Source: Calditrichia bacterium
GTDB lineage: Bacteria; Calditrichota; Calditrichia; RBG-13-44-9; J075
NCBI GenBank assembly: GCA_050633245.1
Contig: JBOEGD010000020.1
Span: 56,176 to 120,175, forward strand
Direction of reading: 5' to 3'
DNA length: 64,000 nucleotides
Part shown: piece after piece, positions 9,496 to 19,786 of the stretch
How the letters are laid out: each line of letters starts with the position of its first letter
Numbering within the stretch: the first letter of the stretch is position 1
Notes under the pieces: generated by a model
The model's database searches: none
Told to the model about the DNA's origin: nothing
What the model saw: only the letters and a program-made list of their open reading frames with translations
Position numbers and translations under genes: made by a program

Positions 9496-11661
9496 ATGGC
9501 AGAACAGGCGTTTTTTCAGCTTATCGCAGGCGAGTTAAATATTCGTGCATTCCAAGTCTCGAACACCGTAGAACTGCTGGACGGTGGTAATACGGTTCCA
9601 TTTATCGCCCGTTATCGTAAAGAGGCTACCGGAATGTTGGATGAAGAGCAAATTCGTGCGGTAGAAGAGCGCATTAACTATTTGCGCATGCTGGAAGAAC
9701 GACGAGCCACGATTCTGAGCTCGATTGAGGAGCAGGGCAAACTAACGCCTGAACTTCGGAAAAAAATAGAGGCCTGCGATAAACTGCGTGAACTGGAAGA
9801 TTTATATCTGCCGTATCGTCCTAAAAAACGTACTCGTGCTACAGTAGCCCGCGAAAAAGGATTAGAGCCGCTTGCCGAAGTAATAATTAAGCAAGAAGTG
9901 GAGCGGGGAGATGCCTTTGAAATTGCAGCGGCCTATATCGATAGTGAAAATGGCGTGAACTCGGCAGAAGAGGCCTTAGCCGGTGCGCAGGATATTGTTG
10001 CAGAAATGATTTCAGATGATGCTGCAGTACGTAAGTTGATTCGTGAAGCATCGCATAAGTCCGGACTTATAAACAGTAAGGGCAAATCTGCTGAGGCTGA
10101 GACTGACTATGAAATGTACATCGATTTTAGTGAGCCGGTTCATAAAATCGTACCGCATCGCATTCTTGCCATGAATCGTGGTGAAAAGGAAAAGCAGCTT
10201 GGCGTTTCCATTGAAGTCGATGAAGACCAGATGATAGATATTATCCGTCGGCTACATCTAAAAAATCCCAATACCATTTTTAAAAACCATTTAACGGATG
10301 CCATGATAGATGGCTATAAGCGGCTTATTTCTCCGTCTATCGAGCGTGAAATTCGCAATGAACTAACTGAGACGGCTGAACGTCACGCAATTGATGTGTT
10401 TGGCGAGAACCTCAAGAACCTTCTGCTTCAGCCGCCGGTACGCAATAAGATTATTATGGGGATCGACCCGGCATATCGCACCGGCTGTAAGATTGCTATT
10501 ATTGATGAGACCGGAAAGTATTTGGAAGGTGACACCATCTATCCACATGCACCGCAGAAAAAAATGATGCAGGCCAAATCGACAATACGGGAAATGTGTG
10601 ATAAGCATAATGTCGACATTATTGCTATTGGCAACGGTACGGCATCCCGAGAGACTGAGTCGATGACGGCCGATATTATTGCCGAAACGAAACAGGACCA
10701 GCCGGATCGCGAACTCTATTACATCATTGTGAATGAGGCCGGTGCATCTGTTTACTCCGCCTCTAAAGTGGCAAGAGAAGAATTTCCCGATTTAGATGCC
10801 AGCCAGCGTGGGAATATTTCTATTGCGCGTCGTTTGTTAGATCCACTTTCCGAACTTGTTAAGATCGATCCCAAAAGTATTGGTGTCGGGCTTTATCAGC
10901 ACGATGTAAATCAGAAAAATCTTGGCTCTGCGTTGGATACCGTTGTAGAGTCTGCGGTGAATAAGGTCGGTGTAAACCTGAATACCGCATCTGCCAGCTT
11001 ATTACGACATGTATCGGGTCTGACCAGCCGCACCGCTGGCAATATTGTGAAATTTCGTGATGACAATGGTCGCTTTAACAGTCGGAAGCAGCTGCAAAAG
11101 GTGAGTGGTGTCGGCGATATCGCTTTTCAACAGGCCGCCGGATTTCTGCGGATTCCCGGTGCAAAGAATCTGTTGGACCAAACCGGTATTCACCCCGAAT
11201 CTTATGATGCAACGAAAAAGCTGCTCGAGCTTGCCGAAATGGAAGATGACCCGTCCAGATGGCGTGATATTCGTTCATTTGTGAAGGGAAAAAATCGTGC
11301 TGAGCTTGCTACCCAACTTGGCGTGGGTGAACCTACACTGGACGATATTATTGCCGATCTGGAAAAACCCGGGCGCGATCCCCGAGATGCCATGCCAAAA
11401 CCAATTCTGAAAAGCGATGTGCTGAATATCGAGGATCTGAAAGAAGGGATGGTTCTGAAAGGCACTGTCCGTAATGTTGTTGATTTTGGTGCATTCGTGG
11501 ACATCGGTGTCAAGCGTGATGGTTTGGTTCATATTAGTGAATTGGCAAATAAATTTGTAAAAAATCCACACGAAGTGGTCTCGGTTGGAGATGTCGTAAG
11601 TGTAAGAGTAATGGAAGTAGATATGCAGAAAGGGCGCGTTAAGCTGTCTATGAAGATATAG
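9496..11661 (+). CDS. tex: Tex family RNA-binding transcription accessory protein
   Basis: 'GNTVPFIARYRKEATG', YqgF-like 'GIDPAYRTGCK', 'VNEAGASVYSAS', HhH repeats, C-terminal S1 domain; SD before ATG 9496. Confidence 0.95.
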   Translation: MAEQAFFQLIAGELNIRAFQVSNTVELLDGGNTVPFIARYRKEATGMLDEEQIRAVEERINYLRMLEERRATILSSIEEQGKLTPELRKKIEACDKLRELEDLYLPYRPKKRTRATVAREKGLEPLAEVIIKQEVERGDAFEIAAAYIDSENGVNSAEEALAGAQDIVAEMISDDAAVRKLIREASHKSGLINSKGKSAEAETDYEMYIDFSEPVHKIVPHRILAMNRGEKEKQLGVSIEVDEDQMIDIIRRLHLKNPNTIFKNHLTDAMIDGYKRLISPSIEREIRNELTETAERHAIDVFGENLKNLLLQPPVRNKIIMGIDPAYRTGCKIAIIDETGKYLEGDTIYPHAPQKKMMQAKSTIREMCDKHNVDIIAIGNGTASRETESMTADIIAETKQDQPDRELYYIIVNEAGASVYSASKVAREEFPDLDASQRGNISIARRLLDPLSELVKIDPKSIGVGLYQHDVNQKNLGSALDTVVESAVNKVGVNLNTASASLLRHVSGLTSRTAGNIVKFRDDNGRFNSRKQLQKVSGVGDIAFQQAAGFLRIPGAKNLLDQTGIHPESYDATKKLLELAEMEDDPSRWRDIRSFVKGKNRAELATQLGVGEPTLDDIIADLEKPGRDPRDAMPKPILKSDVLNIEDLKEGMVLKGTVRNVVDFGAFVDIGVKRDGLVHISELANKFVKNPHEVVSVGDVVSVRVMEVDMQKGRVKLSMKI

Positions 11662-11749
11662 CTTGCTTTCATGCGACTTGCTTCTACCGTCAATATTACC
11701 TAAACTCTGACACTAAAGCTGGTCGTTTCACTTAACGTGCGCGGTAAGA

Positions 11750-12823
11750 ATGGGTCTTCTGATTGGGTTTTTCGCCTTATCCATATTGTTTTCATTTTTG
11801 TGCTCTATCTGGGAGGCAGTACTTCTGTCTGTTACCCCATCCTTTATTAAGCGCAAGGAGCAGGAAGGCAGTGCTCTTGGCCTCTCGCTCGCTGCTCTAA
11901 AGAAGGACATTGACAAACCACTTTCGGCAATTCTGACCTTGAATACCATTGCACATACCGTTGGTGCGATTGGTGTTGGTTCACAGGCCGGTAAGCTGTA
12001 CGGTACGCAGGCCATGGATTTACTTGGGCTGAAAATCTCCTACGAATCTATTGTTGCTACTCTGATGACGCTGGCAATTCTTTTCCTATCCGAAATTATT
12101 CCTAAAACGATTGGTGCTAACAACTGGAAAAACCTTGCCGGGTTTACTGCTACTTCTCTCAAGATTCTGATGCTGATTTTAAAGCCATTTGTGTGGATGA
12201 GTAATTTGGTTACCCGAGTGCTTAAGAAGGATAAGAAAAAGAGTATTTTTAGCAAGCAGGACTTTGCCGCGATGGCTGAGGTGGTTAGTGAGAGTGGAGG
12301 CATTACTGAGGAAGATCATGAGCTTATTCGCAACGTGCTTCAGTTCGATGATTTAACGGTTAAAGACGTTATGACACCGCGAACGGTGATCGTGATGGCT
12401 GAAGAATCGCAGACGCTTCGCCAATATTACGATTCTAATCAGCCAATGCGTTTCTCGCGAATTCCACTGTATGAGGGGAATCGCGATCACGTAACGGGGC
12501 TACTGCTGAAAGATGATCTGTTACAAAACTTAGTGGAAGGAAAGGGCGATGAAGAGCTGCGTTCTATCCGTCGCGAACCACTTTTGGTTCCTGAAACGAT
12601 GCCATTGCGCAAAGTTTTTGAAACGCTAAACGAACGTCGCGAGCACTTGGGAATGGTAATAGATGAGTATGGCGGCTTGCTGGGACTGGTAACGTTGGAA
12701 GATGTCTTTGAAACGCTGTTTGGGCTGGAAATTCTTGATGAAACCGACTCTGTAACGGATCTGCAAAAATACGCGCGCCAGAAGTGGGAAGAGCGAGCGA
12801 AGAAGTTGGGGCTGATAGAGTAA
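11750..12823 (+). CDS. CNNM/DUF21-CBS (hemolysin/CorC-like) membrane protein
   Basis: 'SFLCSIWEAVLLS', 'EIIPK', 'VMTPR', 'FSRIP', 'DEYGG..GLVTLED'. Confidence 0.92.
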   Translation: MGLLIGFFALSILFSFLCSIWEAVLLSVTPSFIKRKEQEGSALGLSLAALKKDIDKPLSAILTLNTIAHTVGAIGVGSQAGKLYGTQAMDLLGLKISYESIVATLMTLAILFLSEIIPKTIGANNWKNLAGFTATSLKILMLILKPFVWMSNLVTRVLKKDKKKSIFSKQDFAAMAEVVSESGGITEEDHELIRNVLQFDDLTVKDVMTPRTVIVMAEESQTLRQYYDSNQPMRFSRIPLYEGNRDHVTGLLLKDDLLQNLVEGKGDEELRSIRREPLLVPETMPLRKVFETLNERREHLGMVIDEYGGLLGLVTLEDVFETLFGLEILDETDSVTDLQKYARQKWEERAKKLGLIE

Positions 12824-12828
12824 ATACC

Positions 12829-12906
12829 TGACAGGTGTCAGGTGTCAGGGGTAAAGACGCAATGCTTTGCGTCTCTTAGTACAGAGTAATGCTTTGCGTC
12901 TCGTAG
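12829..12906. repeat. TGTCAGG heptamers plus a degenerate GTAG-type REP and a duplicated half-REP
   Basis: tgacagg tgtcagg tgtcagg; gtaaagacgcaatgctttgcgtctc; second aatgctttgcgtctc; between convergent genes. Confidence 0.6.
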
Positions 12907-12917
12907 CACCTGTCGTG

Positions 12918-13160
12918 TTACGTAAAAAACTGCTGAACGTACTTTTCCACCATACTCCAGGGAATCATAAACGGTTTGCTGGAAATCGTTACTACAACTT
13001 CCTCATTAGCAATGCGATATGAGCCTTCTACACCCATCGCGCCGAAATCACCGTTCTCTTCATTTCCGTTAAAATTAAAGCCATTATCTTTTGCAATGGA
13101 AGAAGCTTTTTCTACAAGCTCTCCCGGCGTAGAATTCAGGCGTATTCGATAAGTCTTCAT
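12918..13160 (-). CDS. small hypothetical protein (80 aa)
   Basis: SD ggag before ATG 13160; compact ORF ending 'KPFMIPWSMVEKYVQQFF'. Confidence 0.7.
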   Translation of the reverse strand: MKTYRIRLNSTPGELVEKASSIAKDNGFNFNGNEENGDFGAMGVEGSYRIANEEVVVTISSKPFMIPWSMVEKYVQQFFT

Positions 13161-13323
13161 ATATACTCCATTTGGTTCCCGTCGGTAAAAACATAGGAAT
13201 CTAACCACAATTCACCAACGCTTTTTTGCAGTGTTTTTAACTTATTTTCTGCAATCGATCTATGATTTTAGACTGTTTGCACTTAAATTGGTCACTTTGC
13301 AAAGAAAATGTTACCGGACAGAT

Positions 13324-14727
13324 ATGATTCGCCTTGATGTAGTAGCTGGAAAAGACATCCTCGAAAAAGTATATGAAGTGGCAAAAGCCGGCGGCTGGGA
13401 AGTGTATGCTGTTGGTGGCTTTGTGCGCGATCTTTATATGAAGAATGAAGGCAAAGACATCGACTTTGTACTGATAGGCGATGCGGTCAAATTTGCCCAT
13501 GAGTTTCGAAAACGGTTTCGCAGCGGCAAGGTTGTCACTTTTGAGCGCTTCGGTACGGCAATGATAAACTATCAGGATTGGCAGCTGGAGTTTGTTACTG
13601 CGCGCTCGGAGCATTATGAAGAACATTCTCGCAAGCCCATCGTGCAAACAGCTGATCTGAAATCGGATCTTTCACGTCGAGACTTCACAATTAATTGTCT
13701 GGCTATGCATATTTCGCCCGAGCAATTTGGTGAAGTGATTGATGTATATGACGGCATTGGTGATATTGAGCGTGGTGTAATTCGCACGCCGCTTGAGCCG
13801 GTGGTCACGTTTACCGATGATCCGCTGCGAATTCTGCGAGCAATTCGCTTTGCCGCTCGGCTGGGATTTGAAATTGAGCTGACAATCGCAGCTGCGATTG
13901 AAAAGACGCGTGAACGGCTGGCCATTATTTCGCAGGAACGGATTACCGAGGAATTTCGCAAAATAATGCTGGCGGAAAAGCCCTCAGTCGGATTGAACTT
14001 ATTGCGGGATAGTGGAATAAGTGCGATCATCTTTCCTGAGTTGGATAAGCTTGCCGGTATCGATCAGCGTAAAGATTATCATCATAAGGACGTATTTTTC
14101 CATACGCTGGAAGTCATTGATAATATCAGCAAACATACGGATCGCTTCGAACTGCGTATGGCAGCCTTGCTGCACGACATTGCGAAGCCAAATACCAAGC
14201 GGTTTTATGAGGGCGTTGGCTGGACATTCCACGGTCACGAGGAGGTTGGCGCCAGGATGACCAATCGCATTGGTCGGCGCATGCGTTTGCCGGTGCAAAC
14301 GATTAAGTATTTGCAGAAGCTGGTGCGCCTGCACCTACGGCCGATTGCCCTGGTGGATGATGATGTTACCGATAGCGCAATTCGTCGTTTGATGTTCGAG
14401 GCTGGCGAAGAAATTGATGATTTGATGATGTTGTGTCGCGCGGATATCACGTCGAAAAATCCCAAAAAGGTTCGCCGGTATTTGCGCAATTTCGACCGTG
14501 TTGAGCAGCGAATAAAAGTGGTCGAAGAAAAGGATCGCATCCGAAATTTTAAGCCGGCGATAACTGGTGAAGACATTATGACGGAATTAAATATTCCGCC
14601 CGGTAAAATTGTTGGGGAGATAAAGCAACGGATAATTGATGCAATTTTGGATGGTGAAATCCCCAATGAACGGGACGCTTGCCTGAATTTTTTTATTCAG
14701 ATAAAAGATAGCTTTATCAGCGAATAG
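13324..14727 (+). CDS. cca: CCA-adding enzyme / polyA polymerase family with HD domain
   Basis: 'VGGFVRD', 'DIDF', 'RRDFTIN', 'DDPLRILRAIRF', 'LLHDIAKP', 'FHGHE'. Confidence 0.92.
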   Translation: MIRLDVVAGKDILEKVYEVAKAGGWEVYAVGGFVRDLYMKNEGKDIDFVLIGDAVKFAHEFRKRFRSGKVVTFERFGTAMINYQDWQLEFVTARSEHYEEHSRKPIVQTADLKSDLSRRDFTINCLAMHISPEQFGEVIDVYDGIGDIERGVIRTPLEPVVTFTDDPLRILRAIRFAARLGFEIELTIAAAIEKTRERLAIISQERITEEFRKIMLAEKPSVGLNLLRDSGISAIIFPELDKLAGIDQRKDYHHKDVFFHTLEVIDNISKHTDRFELRMAALLHDIAKPNTKRFYEGVGWTFHGHEEVGARMTNRIGRRMRLPVQTIKYLQKLVRLHLRPIALVDDDVTDSAIRRLMFEAGEEIDDLMMLCRADITSKNPKKVRRYLRNFDRVEQRIKVVEEKDRIRNFKPAITGEDIMTELNIPPGKIVGEIKQRIIDAILDGEIPNERDACLNFFIQIKDSFISE

Positions 14728-14837
14728 ATACTATTTTTACAGGATATTCAACGACACCTATTATGCCCCATTCGAAAATATCTGAAACAAAACAATTTAA
14801 ATAACGTCAATTGCCAACATAAGGGAAAGGAAGTACC

Positions 14838-15785
14838 GTGGCTGATGATAACAATCCGAAAGACGGTAAAAAGCAACATTCTACAGAAGATTCCAGTGAG
14901 CTGAAGGATTTGCTTGGCAAAATCTCTGAGTCCGATAAACCTCGTGAGAAAGCCGCTGCTTCGCCGAAAAGCGAGGACATTATCAAAAAACCTTCCGGAA
15001 CCTCCGATGACAACGAAAATATTGATTCATGGATTGAAAAAATAACCGAACAGGAAGACGACAATACACCGGAAGAAATGGGCATTGGTGTCCGCTTGCT
15101 AAGTTTGATTAGCCAGCCGACGCAGCTGTTTCGCTACTTGCGCAATAAGCCCGATGTGATTATTCCGATAGTCTTAACGATTTTGATCGCTGTAGCCTCA
15201 AGTTATTTTACATACGATATGCAAATCGATAAGCAGGTAGAAATTTTTGAAGGAATGAACACCGAGATTTTTAGTGACGCACAAAAAGATGAAATGATTG
15301 ATGAAATAGAGGCTTCACGTCACGGTTTTGAGAGGATTAAGGCTGTTTTCATCTTTACTCCAATCGGGGCGGTTTTATTCCTTGTTGTGGTTTCACTACT
15401 CTTGTGGTTTTTTGGACGCGTTGTGTTAGGAGGAGAATCTGACTTTATGCAGAGTTTCTCCACGTTCGGCTACGCTTCGCTGATATTTACAGTGTTGGGC
15501 GGACTTATAAAGTTACCGCTGATGTTGAGCCAAAATACGCTTGATGTCAATTTTAGTCTTGGAAGGCTACTTGATGCAGATAACAGCAGTGCTCTTTATC
15601 GGTTTCTTTCGGGTATCGACCCATTTACAATCTGGACGGTATTTGTATTAGGAATTGGTTTGGCTGTAATAAACCGCTTTTCAACTAAAAAAGGCATAAT
15701 TGCCATATCGGTTTTATGGTTGCTATTCCTACTTGTATTTAACGTTGGTGCTATGGGATTAATTAATCGTATGGGAATTTTGTAA
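14838..15785 (+). CDS. Yip1 family membrane protein with a charged N-terminal tail
   Basis: 'LISQPTQLF' followed by 5 TMs, 'IDPFTIW'; upstream of TolC. Confidence 0.75.
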   Translation: MADDNNPKDGKKQHSTEDSSELKDLLGKISESDKPREKAAASPKSEDIIKKPSGTSDDNENIDSWIEKITEQEDDNTPEEMGIGVRLLSLISQPTQLFRYLRNKPDVIIPIVLTILIAVASSYFTYDMQIDKQVEIFEGMNTEIFSDAQKDEMIDEIEASRHGFERIKAVFIFTPIGAVLFLVVVSLLLWFFGRVVLGGESDFMQSFSTFGYASLIFTVLGGLIKLPLMLSQNTLDVNFSLGRLLDADNSSALYRFLSGIDPFTIWTVFVLGIGLAVINRFSTKKGIIAISVLWLLFLLVFNVGAMGLINRMGIL

Positions 15786-15908
15786 CAAATATGCCCTTTA
15801 CCCAGTAGTTACATGAGTAGCCAACATTTAAACTGTATACGATCTTGAAATATAATGACCCGCAGCTGTTTGCACTATCGCAACGGTATGTTTGATTTGG
15901 AGGAACTC

Positions 15909-17219
15909 ATGAAACTGCTGTCCCTTTTACTAATTCTTACTCTTTCTGCCGGCCTGTTCGCGCAAGGAAATCCTGCTCCACTTAGTATGGATGATTGCGT
16001 GCGCATCGCGCTGGAAAACAATTCCCAATTACTTATCGCCGGTCAACGTCTTGAGCTTGCCAAAAAAGACCAGTTTGGCTCCTATAGCAATATTCTTCCG
16101 ACACTTGATGTCAGCGTGAATGCAAGTAAGTTTGAAAACCGCGGCAGCTTTCTGGATCCTAACGGACAGCCGGTTGTTGGAACCGCTTCGGGTGAAGCGT
16201 ATAATAATGGTTTGAATATCGGCCAAAATATTTATGATGGTGGCTTTTGGTGGAATAGTATCCGCAAGGCACGTAGTGATAAGGCTGCCGAAGAGTTTGG
16301 CTATGATCTACAGCGTCAATCTACAATTGTAACGGTTCAGGAATCGTATCTCAACCTGCTGAAAGCGGAGAAGCTTTTGGAAGTGTATGACGAGGCGGTT
16401 ACGCGCAGCAAAGAACAACTTCAGCGCTCTGAAAGTCTCTTTGAGCTCGGTTCTGTTGCCAAGGTAGACGTCTATCAAAATCGCGTAAACCTCGGAAACG
16501 ATCGCATAAACTATCTGAACCAAAAAAACATTGTTCGCCAGTCGATTGTTATACTGAATATTGCAATGGGGCGCAACCCGCAGGATCCATTGGCAACTGA
16601 ATCTGAAGATGAAACGATGGAAGCTGTTGGTGATGTTGACGCACTGATTGAGGAAGCATTAAAAAACAGCCCGGTGCTGCGCCAGCAGGAGCAACTTTAT
16701 AAGAGTTCGAAGCTACAGCACAAAATATCAAAGAGCCCTTTTCTCCCGCGATTGTCGTCGTTCTTTAGCTACTCACGCCCCTTGGATGGGCTTAGTCAGC
16801 TCTTTGAAAGTCCTGCCGATGGGGTATCGGATTATAACTGGTCGCTCGGCCTCAGCCTTCGCTGGAACATTTTTAACGGTTTCTCCGATATGGTAAATGT
16901 GCAGAAAGCGAAGATTAATGAGCGGCTCACTCAAGAACAGACCCTCGAGCAGCGTCGAAATTTAATTGGAGATGTAAAGTCTCAGCATAATGATCTGCTT
17001 GCACTGAAAGAAATTATTGAGATTAATCGTACCAATCTTGAAGCGTCGAAGGAAGAGTATCGTTTAGCTGCGGAACGTTATCGCGTGGGTGCCGGAACGG
17101 CTCTGGAACTACGTGAAGCGCAAGTGAAGCTAACCAATGCCGAACAGCTTCTGGTAGCGGCTAAATACAATGCCCTGACAACCAGCGCTCGTCTGAAGCA
17201 AACGGTTGGAAAGCTTTAA
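15909..17219 (+). CDS. TolC family outer-membrane efflux protein
   Basis: Signal peptide; 'ALENN', 'LPTL', 'RYRVGAGTALELREAQ'. Confidence 0.9.
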   Translation: MKLLSLLLILTLSAGLFAQGNPAPLSMDDCVRIALENNSQLLIAGQRLELAKKDQFGSYSNILPTLDVSVNASKFENRGSFLDPNGQPVVGTASGEAYNNGLNIGQNIYDGGFWWNSIRKARSDKAAEEFGYDLQRQSTIVTVQESYLNLLKAEKLLEVYDEAVTRSKEQLQRSESLFELGSVAKVDVYQNRVNLGNDRINYLNQKNIVRQSIVILNIAMGRNPQDPLATESEDETMEAVGDVDALIEEALKNSPVLRQQEQLYKSSKLQHKISKSPFLPRLSSFFSYSRPLDGLSQLFESPADGVSDYNWSLGLSLRWNIFNGFSDMVNVQKAKINERLTQEQTLEQRRNLIGDVKSQHNDLLALKEIIEINRTNLEASKEEYRLAAERYRVGAGTALELREAQVKLTNAEQLLVAAKYNALTTSARLKQTVGKL

Positions 17220-17220
17220 G

Positions 17221-17289
17221 ATTGACAATTGACCATTGATCATTGATCATTGAAAAATAAATATTCTCTCAATGATCAATGGTCAATTG
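17221..17289. repeat. inverted pair of heptamer arrays (ATTGAnn x5 / TCAATnn x3) forming a 21-bp perfect stem; probable bidirectional terminator
   Basis: 17226-17246 caattgaccattgatcattga is the reverse complement of 17269-17289. Confidence 0.85.
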
Positions 17290-17305
17290 CAATTATCCAA
17301 TTTTA

Positions 17306-18064
17306 TTAGAACTTGCTCCCAATCCCCGCGCCAACAACATACATACTGCTTGAGTTTGGCGGTCCTTCCCAACCCATGTTAATCATACGAACAATGATTG
17401 CTATGCGATCCGAAAACGGGCTTTTGACATATCCTGCGACATCTACAGCAAGCGGATAATATTTGAACTCGCGCTTATCCACGGTTTTGCTCTGAGAGCC
17501 GTTTTGTCGTAGAATTAAACTACAGTGACTGACGCCCTGATAGCTGCGCATTGGGTCTTCCCCGCGCTTGTATTGCTGTTCGATTTCCAAAACGGTATCT
17601 CTAAAGCGGCCAAACACCCCCGGAAAATGCGATAGTTCGCTATTCGTTCGCTCGATATCATGCTTTTTTAATTTTGGTCGAATGTCTGTACTGTGTTTAT
17701 CCCATAGCGCATCGATATCGGTAGCCATTGGCATGCGTAAGACTTCGTTAACATAAACCGAGTCGGTAACCAGATTTTGAATGATCAGAACATAGATCTC
17801 CTCATCTGCGGCTTCAGGGCCTGTTTTGACAAGATAGGCTAAGTTGTCACTGCGCGACCAGCCGATGATATATAGATTCGCATCGAGATTGGCGTCATAC
17901 GCTTTGCTTGAGTGCATTGCTAATGGTTTTAGTCCGACTGTTTTTATGGCTGATGCGAGTTCCCGCATCGGCTTTTGTTTGTCTTCCTGGCAATGAAGGC
18001 TGGTAAAAAAGAGTAGTCCTATAAGCAGGACTGTGAACTTGGCAGGATTGGTTTTTAGATGCAT
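17306..18064 (-). CDS. hypothetical exported protein / lipoprotein
   Basis: Signal-like N-terminus ending 'TSLHC'. Confidence 0.7.
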   Translation of the reverse strand: MHLKTNPAKFTVLLIGLLFFTSLHCQEDKQKPMRELASAIKTVGLKPLAMHSSKAYDANLDANLYIIGWSRSDNLAYLVKTGPEAADEEIYVLIIQNLVTDSVYVNEVLRMPMATDIDALWDKHSTDIRPKLKKHDIERTNSELSHFPGVFGRFRDTVLEIEQQYKRGEDPMRSYQGVSHCSLILRQNGSQSKTVDKREFKYYPLAVDVAGYVKSPFSDRIAIIVRMINMGWEGPPNSSSMYVVGAGIGSKF

Positions 18065-18086
18065 GATTGTCTCTGTTACGGTTATC

Positions 18087-18243
18087 GTTGAGCCGCACAA
18101 TTACGCGGCTTTACTCTGTTGCGTGGTTTACAACCCACGTTACTGTTAGCCTTGCGACTTTACTCTGTTGCGTGGTTTACAACCCACGTTACTGTTAGCC
18201 TTGCGACTTTACTCTATTGCGTGGTTTACAACCCACGTTACTG
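18087..18243. repeat. REP palindrome followed by about 2.8 tandem copies of a 49-bp unit (BIME-like)
   Basis: agccgcacaattacgcggct, then unit ctttactctgttgcgtggtttacaacccacgttactgttagccttgcga. Confidence 0.9.
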
Positions 18244-19224
18244 CATTACGATTTGCTTTAGGACATCGTCAGACACGTTTAGCAGACCGTTTTTACGTAG
18301 ACGCGGCGTTAGTTCACGCCAGCGTTTGTCACCGGCGAAGACGGTCTTGAAAAGCGGTAAGGCTTCGGCTACTTTATTTATGTTGGCCAGCGAAACGGCC
18401 GTCCAGTACTTCATTTCCAGATTTTTTGGCATTATATCCATAGCTGATCCATACTCACTTAGAGCAGCAGCTTCGTCGCCGGTTTCAAGAGCGTGATCAC
18501 CGGCGTTCATGTGCTCATATGCTTTGTGAACCGTAAGCAGGCGTCGCATTTCTTTCAGAGGAGTGGGGTGATCTTCAACGCGTAAATCAACAATGCGATC
18601 ATTCCATACCTCTCCACTGCTTTCTCCTTTTACAACCAAAATGGCTGCAGATTGTCTGCCGCGAATATCGCCACCTTCTGCTTCTGCTGCTTCCAGAGCC
18701 GTCATCATACGCTCAGCCAAAGAACCCGTTGCTTCAACGAAAGCCTTTTCCATCGCTGGCCACACGCTGCTTTTCTCCATTAAATTCGCCTGAACCGAAT
18801 AGGTTGGCTTGCTGATATGACCTGCGGCATCAATACACTTTGCACCAGTATAGGCTGCGCTTATTCCGCTACTGTTGATCATCGCCAGTTGCCGGTAATC
18901 ACGCGATTCGTCTGCACCGGTTAGCACCTCAATCGCTTGCTCTGGTGTCGCGCCTGCCTTCATAAGCTCCAGGCCACGCGGGCCAAAAGATGGATTGGTA
19001 AATGACTGCGTGCAGACCGCGCCTACACCTGCTTCTGCCCATAAAACGATGCTGCCGACCGAGAACCAATGAGACTGCACGGCACAGCCGATTTCGCCTG
19101 TTACTGTATCCACAGCTACAATGGAGTAGGTGTTAGCAAATGGCGTCTTATAGAAAGTTTGTGCTGTTAGTGAGTGCATGCTGAAAAATAGCAAAAAAAA
19201 TGATAGAATCATCTTCAGTTTCAT
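18238..19224 (-). CDS. DUF1028 (Ntn-hydrolase-like) protein with C-terminal TPR-like helices
   Basis: 'TYSIVAVD..TGEIGCAVQS', 'GGDIRGRQSAA', 'DLRVEDHPTP'. Confidence 0.88.
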   Translation of the reverse strand: MKLKMILSFFLLFFSMHSLTAQTFYKTPFANTYSIVAVDTVTGEIGCAVQSHWFSVGSIVLWAEAGVGAVCTQSFTNPSFGPRGLELMKAGATPEQAIEVLTGADESRDYRQLAMINSSGISAAYTGAKCIDAAGHISKPTYSVQANLMEKSSVWPAMEKAFVEATGSLAERMMTALEAAEAEGGDIRGRQSAAILVVKGESSGEVWNDRIVDLRVEDHPTPLKEMRRLLTVHKAYEHMNAGDHALETGDEAAALSEYGSAMDIMPKNLEMKYWTAVSLANINKVAEALPLFKTVFAGDKRWRELTPRLRKNGLLNVSDDVLKQIVMQ

Positions 19225-19290
19225 AGAATTTCCTCGAGGCTGTTGGATAGGCGAATATACGGAATATTCTTAGGATGGCAAAAAGTGGAC

Positions 19291-19755
19291 TTAGAATAAG
19301 TCGAGTTGTTTTCTGCGGCGAATCATCTCTCGGTGCAGGATATCGAGCTCTCTTTGGATCTCGCTCATTGAATAGGTTTTGAGAGGTTCCCCGCTATCTG
19401 TCAGGCTTACAATTTCGCCGGCGCTTTCAGGGTTTTCATTGAAAACAGCAAGTGCATCCGTGAGGGAATCGACCGTTTTTTCCAGCTGCATCTCTTCACC
19501 ATTGAATAAAAAAACCTGATATTTACGATCGGACTGTTTGAAAAGAGGCAGGTCGTAGGAAAGCTTTTTCTCTGCCTTTTTGGCGGCGGCTATCGAGTTT
19601 GCTTGTACAATAGAATATCCGGAGCGGAGGTGAGTTTCATAATATTCCGGATGTCGTGCGCGGATAGCATCGACCTTCTTTTCAAGATCCTGCTTGTTAT
19701 CCGCGCTCACGATAAAGGAATTGTCAACTCTTGAAAATGCAAAATATTGTTTCAA
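19291..19755 (-). CDS. hypothetical protein ending in QLDLF (beta-clamp-binding consensus)
   Basis: 154-aa ORF, TTG start, C-terminus RRRKQLDLF. Confidence 0.65.
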   Translation of the reverse strand: MKQYFAFSRVDNSFIVSADNKQDLEKKVDAIRARHPEYYETHLRSGYSIVQANSIAAAKKAEKKLSYDLPLFKQSDRKYQVFLFNGEEMQLEKTVDSLTDALAVFNENPESAGEIVSLTDSGEPLKTYSMSEIQRELDILHREMIRRRKQLDLF

Positions 19756-19786
19756 GGCGATGACCTGCCGGGTTTAGTTTTGGCTA

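Noticed and set aside
18104-18243. CRISPR array
   Set aside because: The 49-bp units are contiguous and near-identical, with no unique spacers and no cas genes in the window.
18119-18496. Plus-strand ORFs of 125 aa and 60 aa
   Set aside because: They arise from the tandem repeat and lie antisense to the DUF1028 gene.
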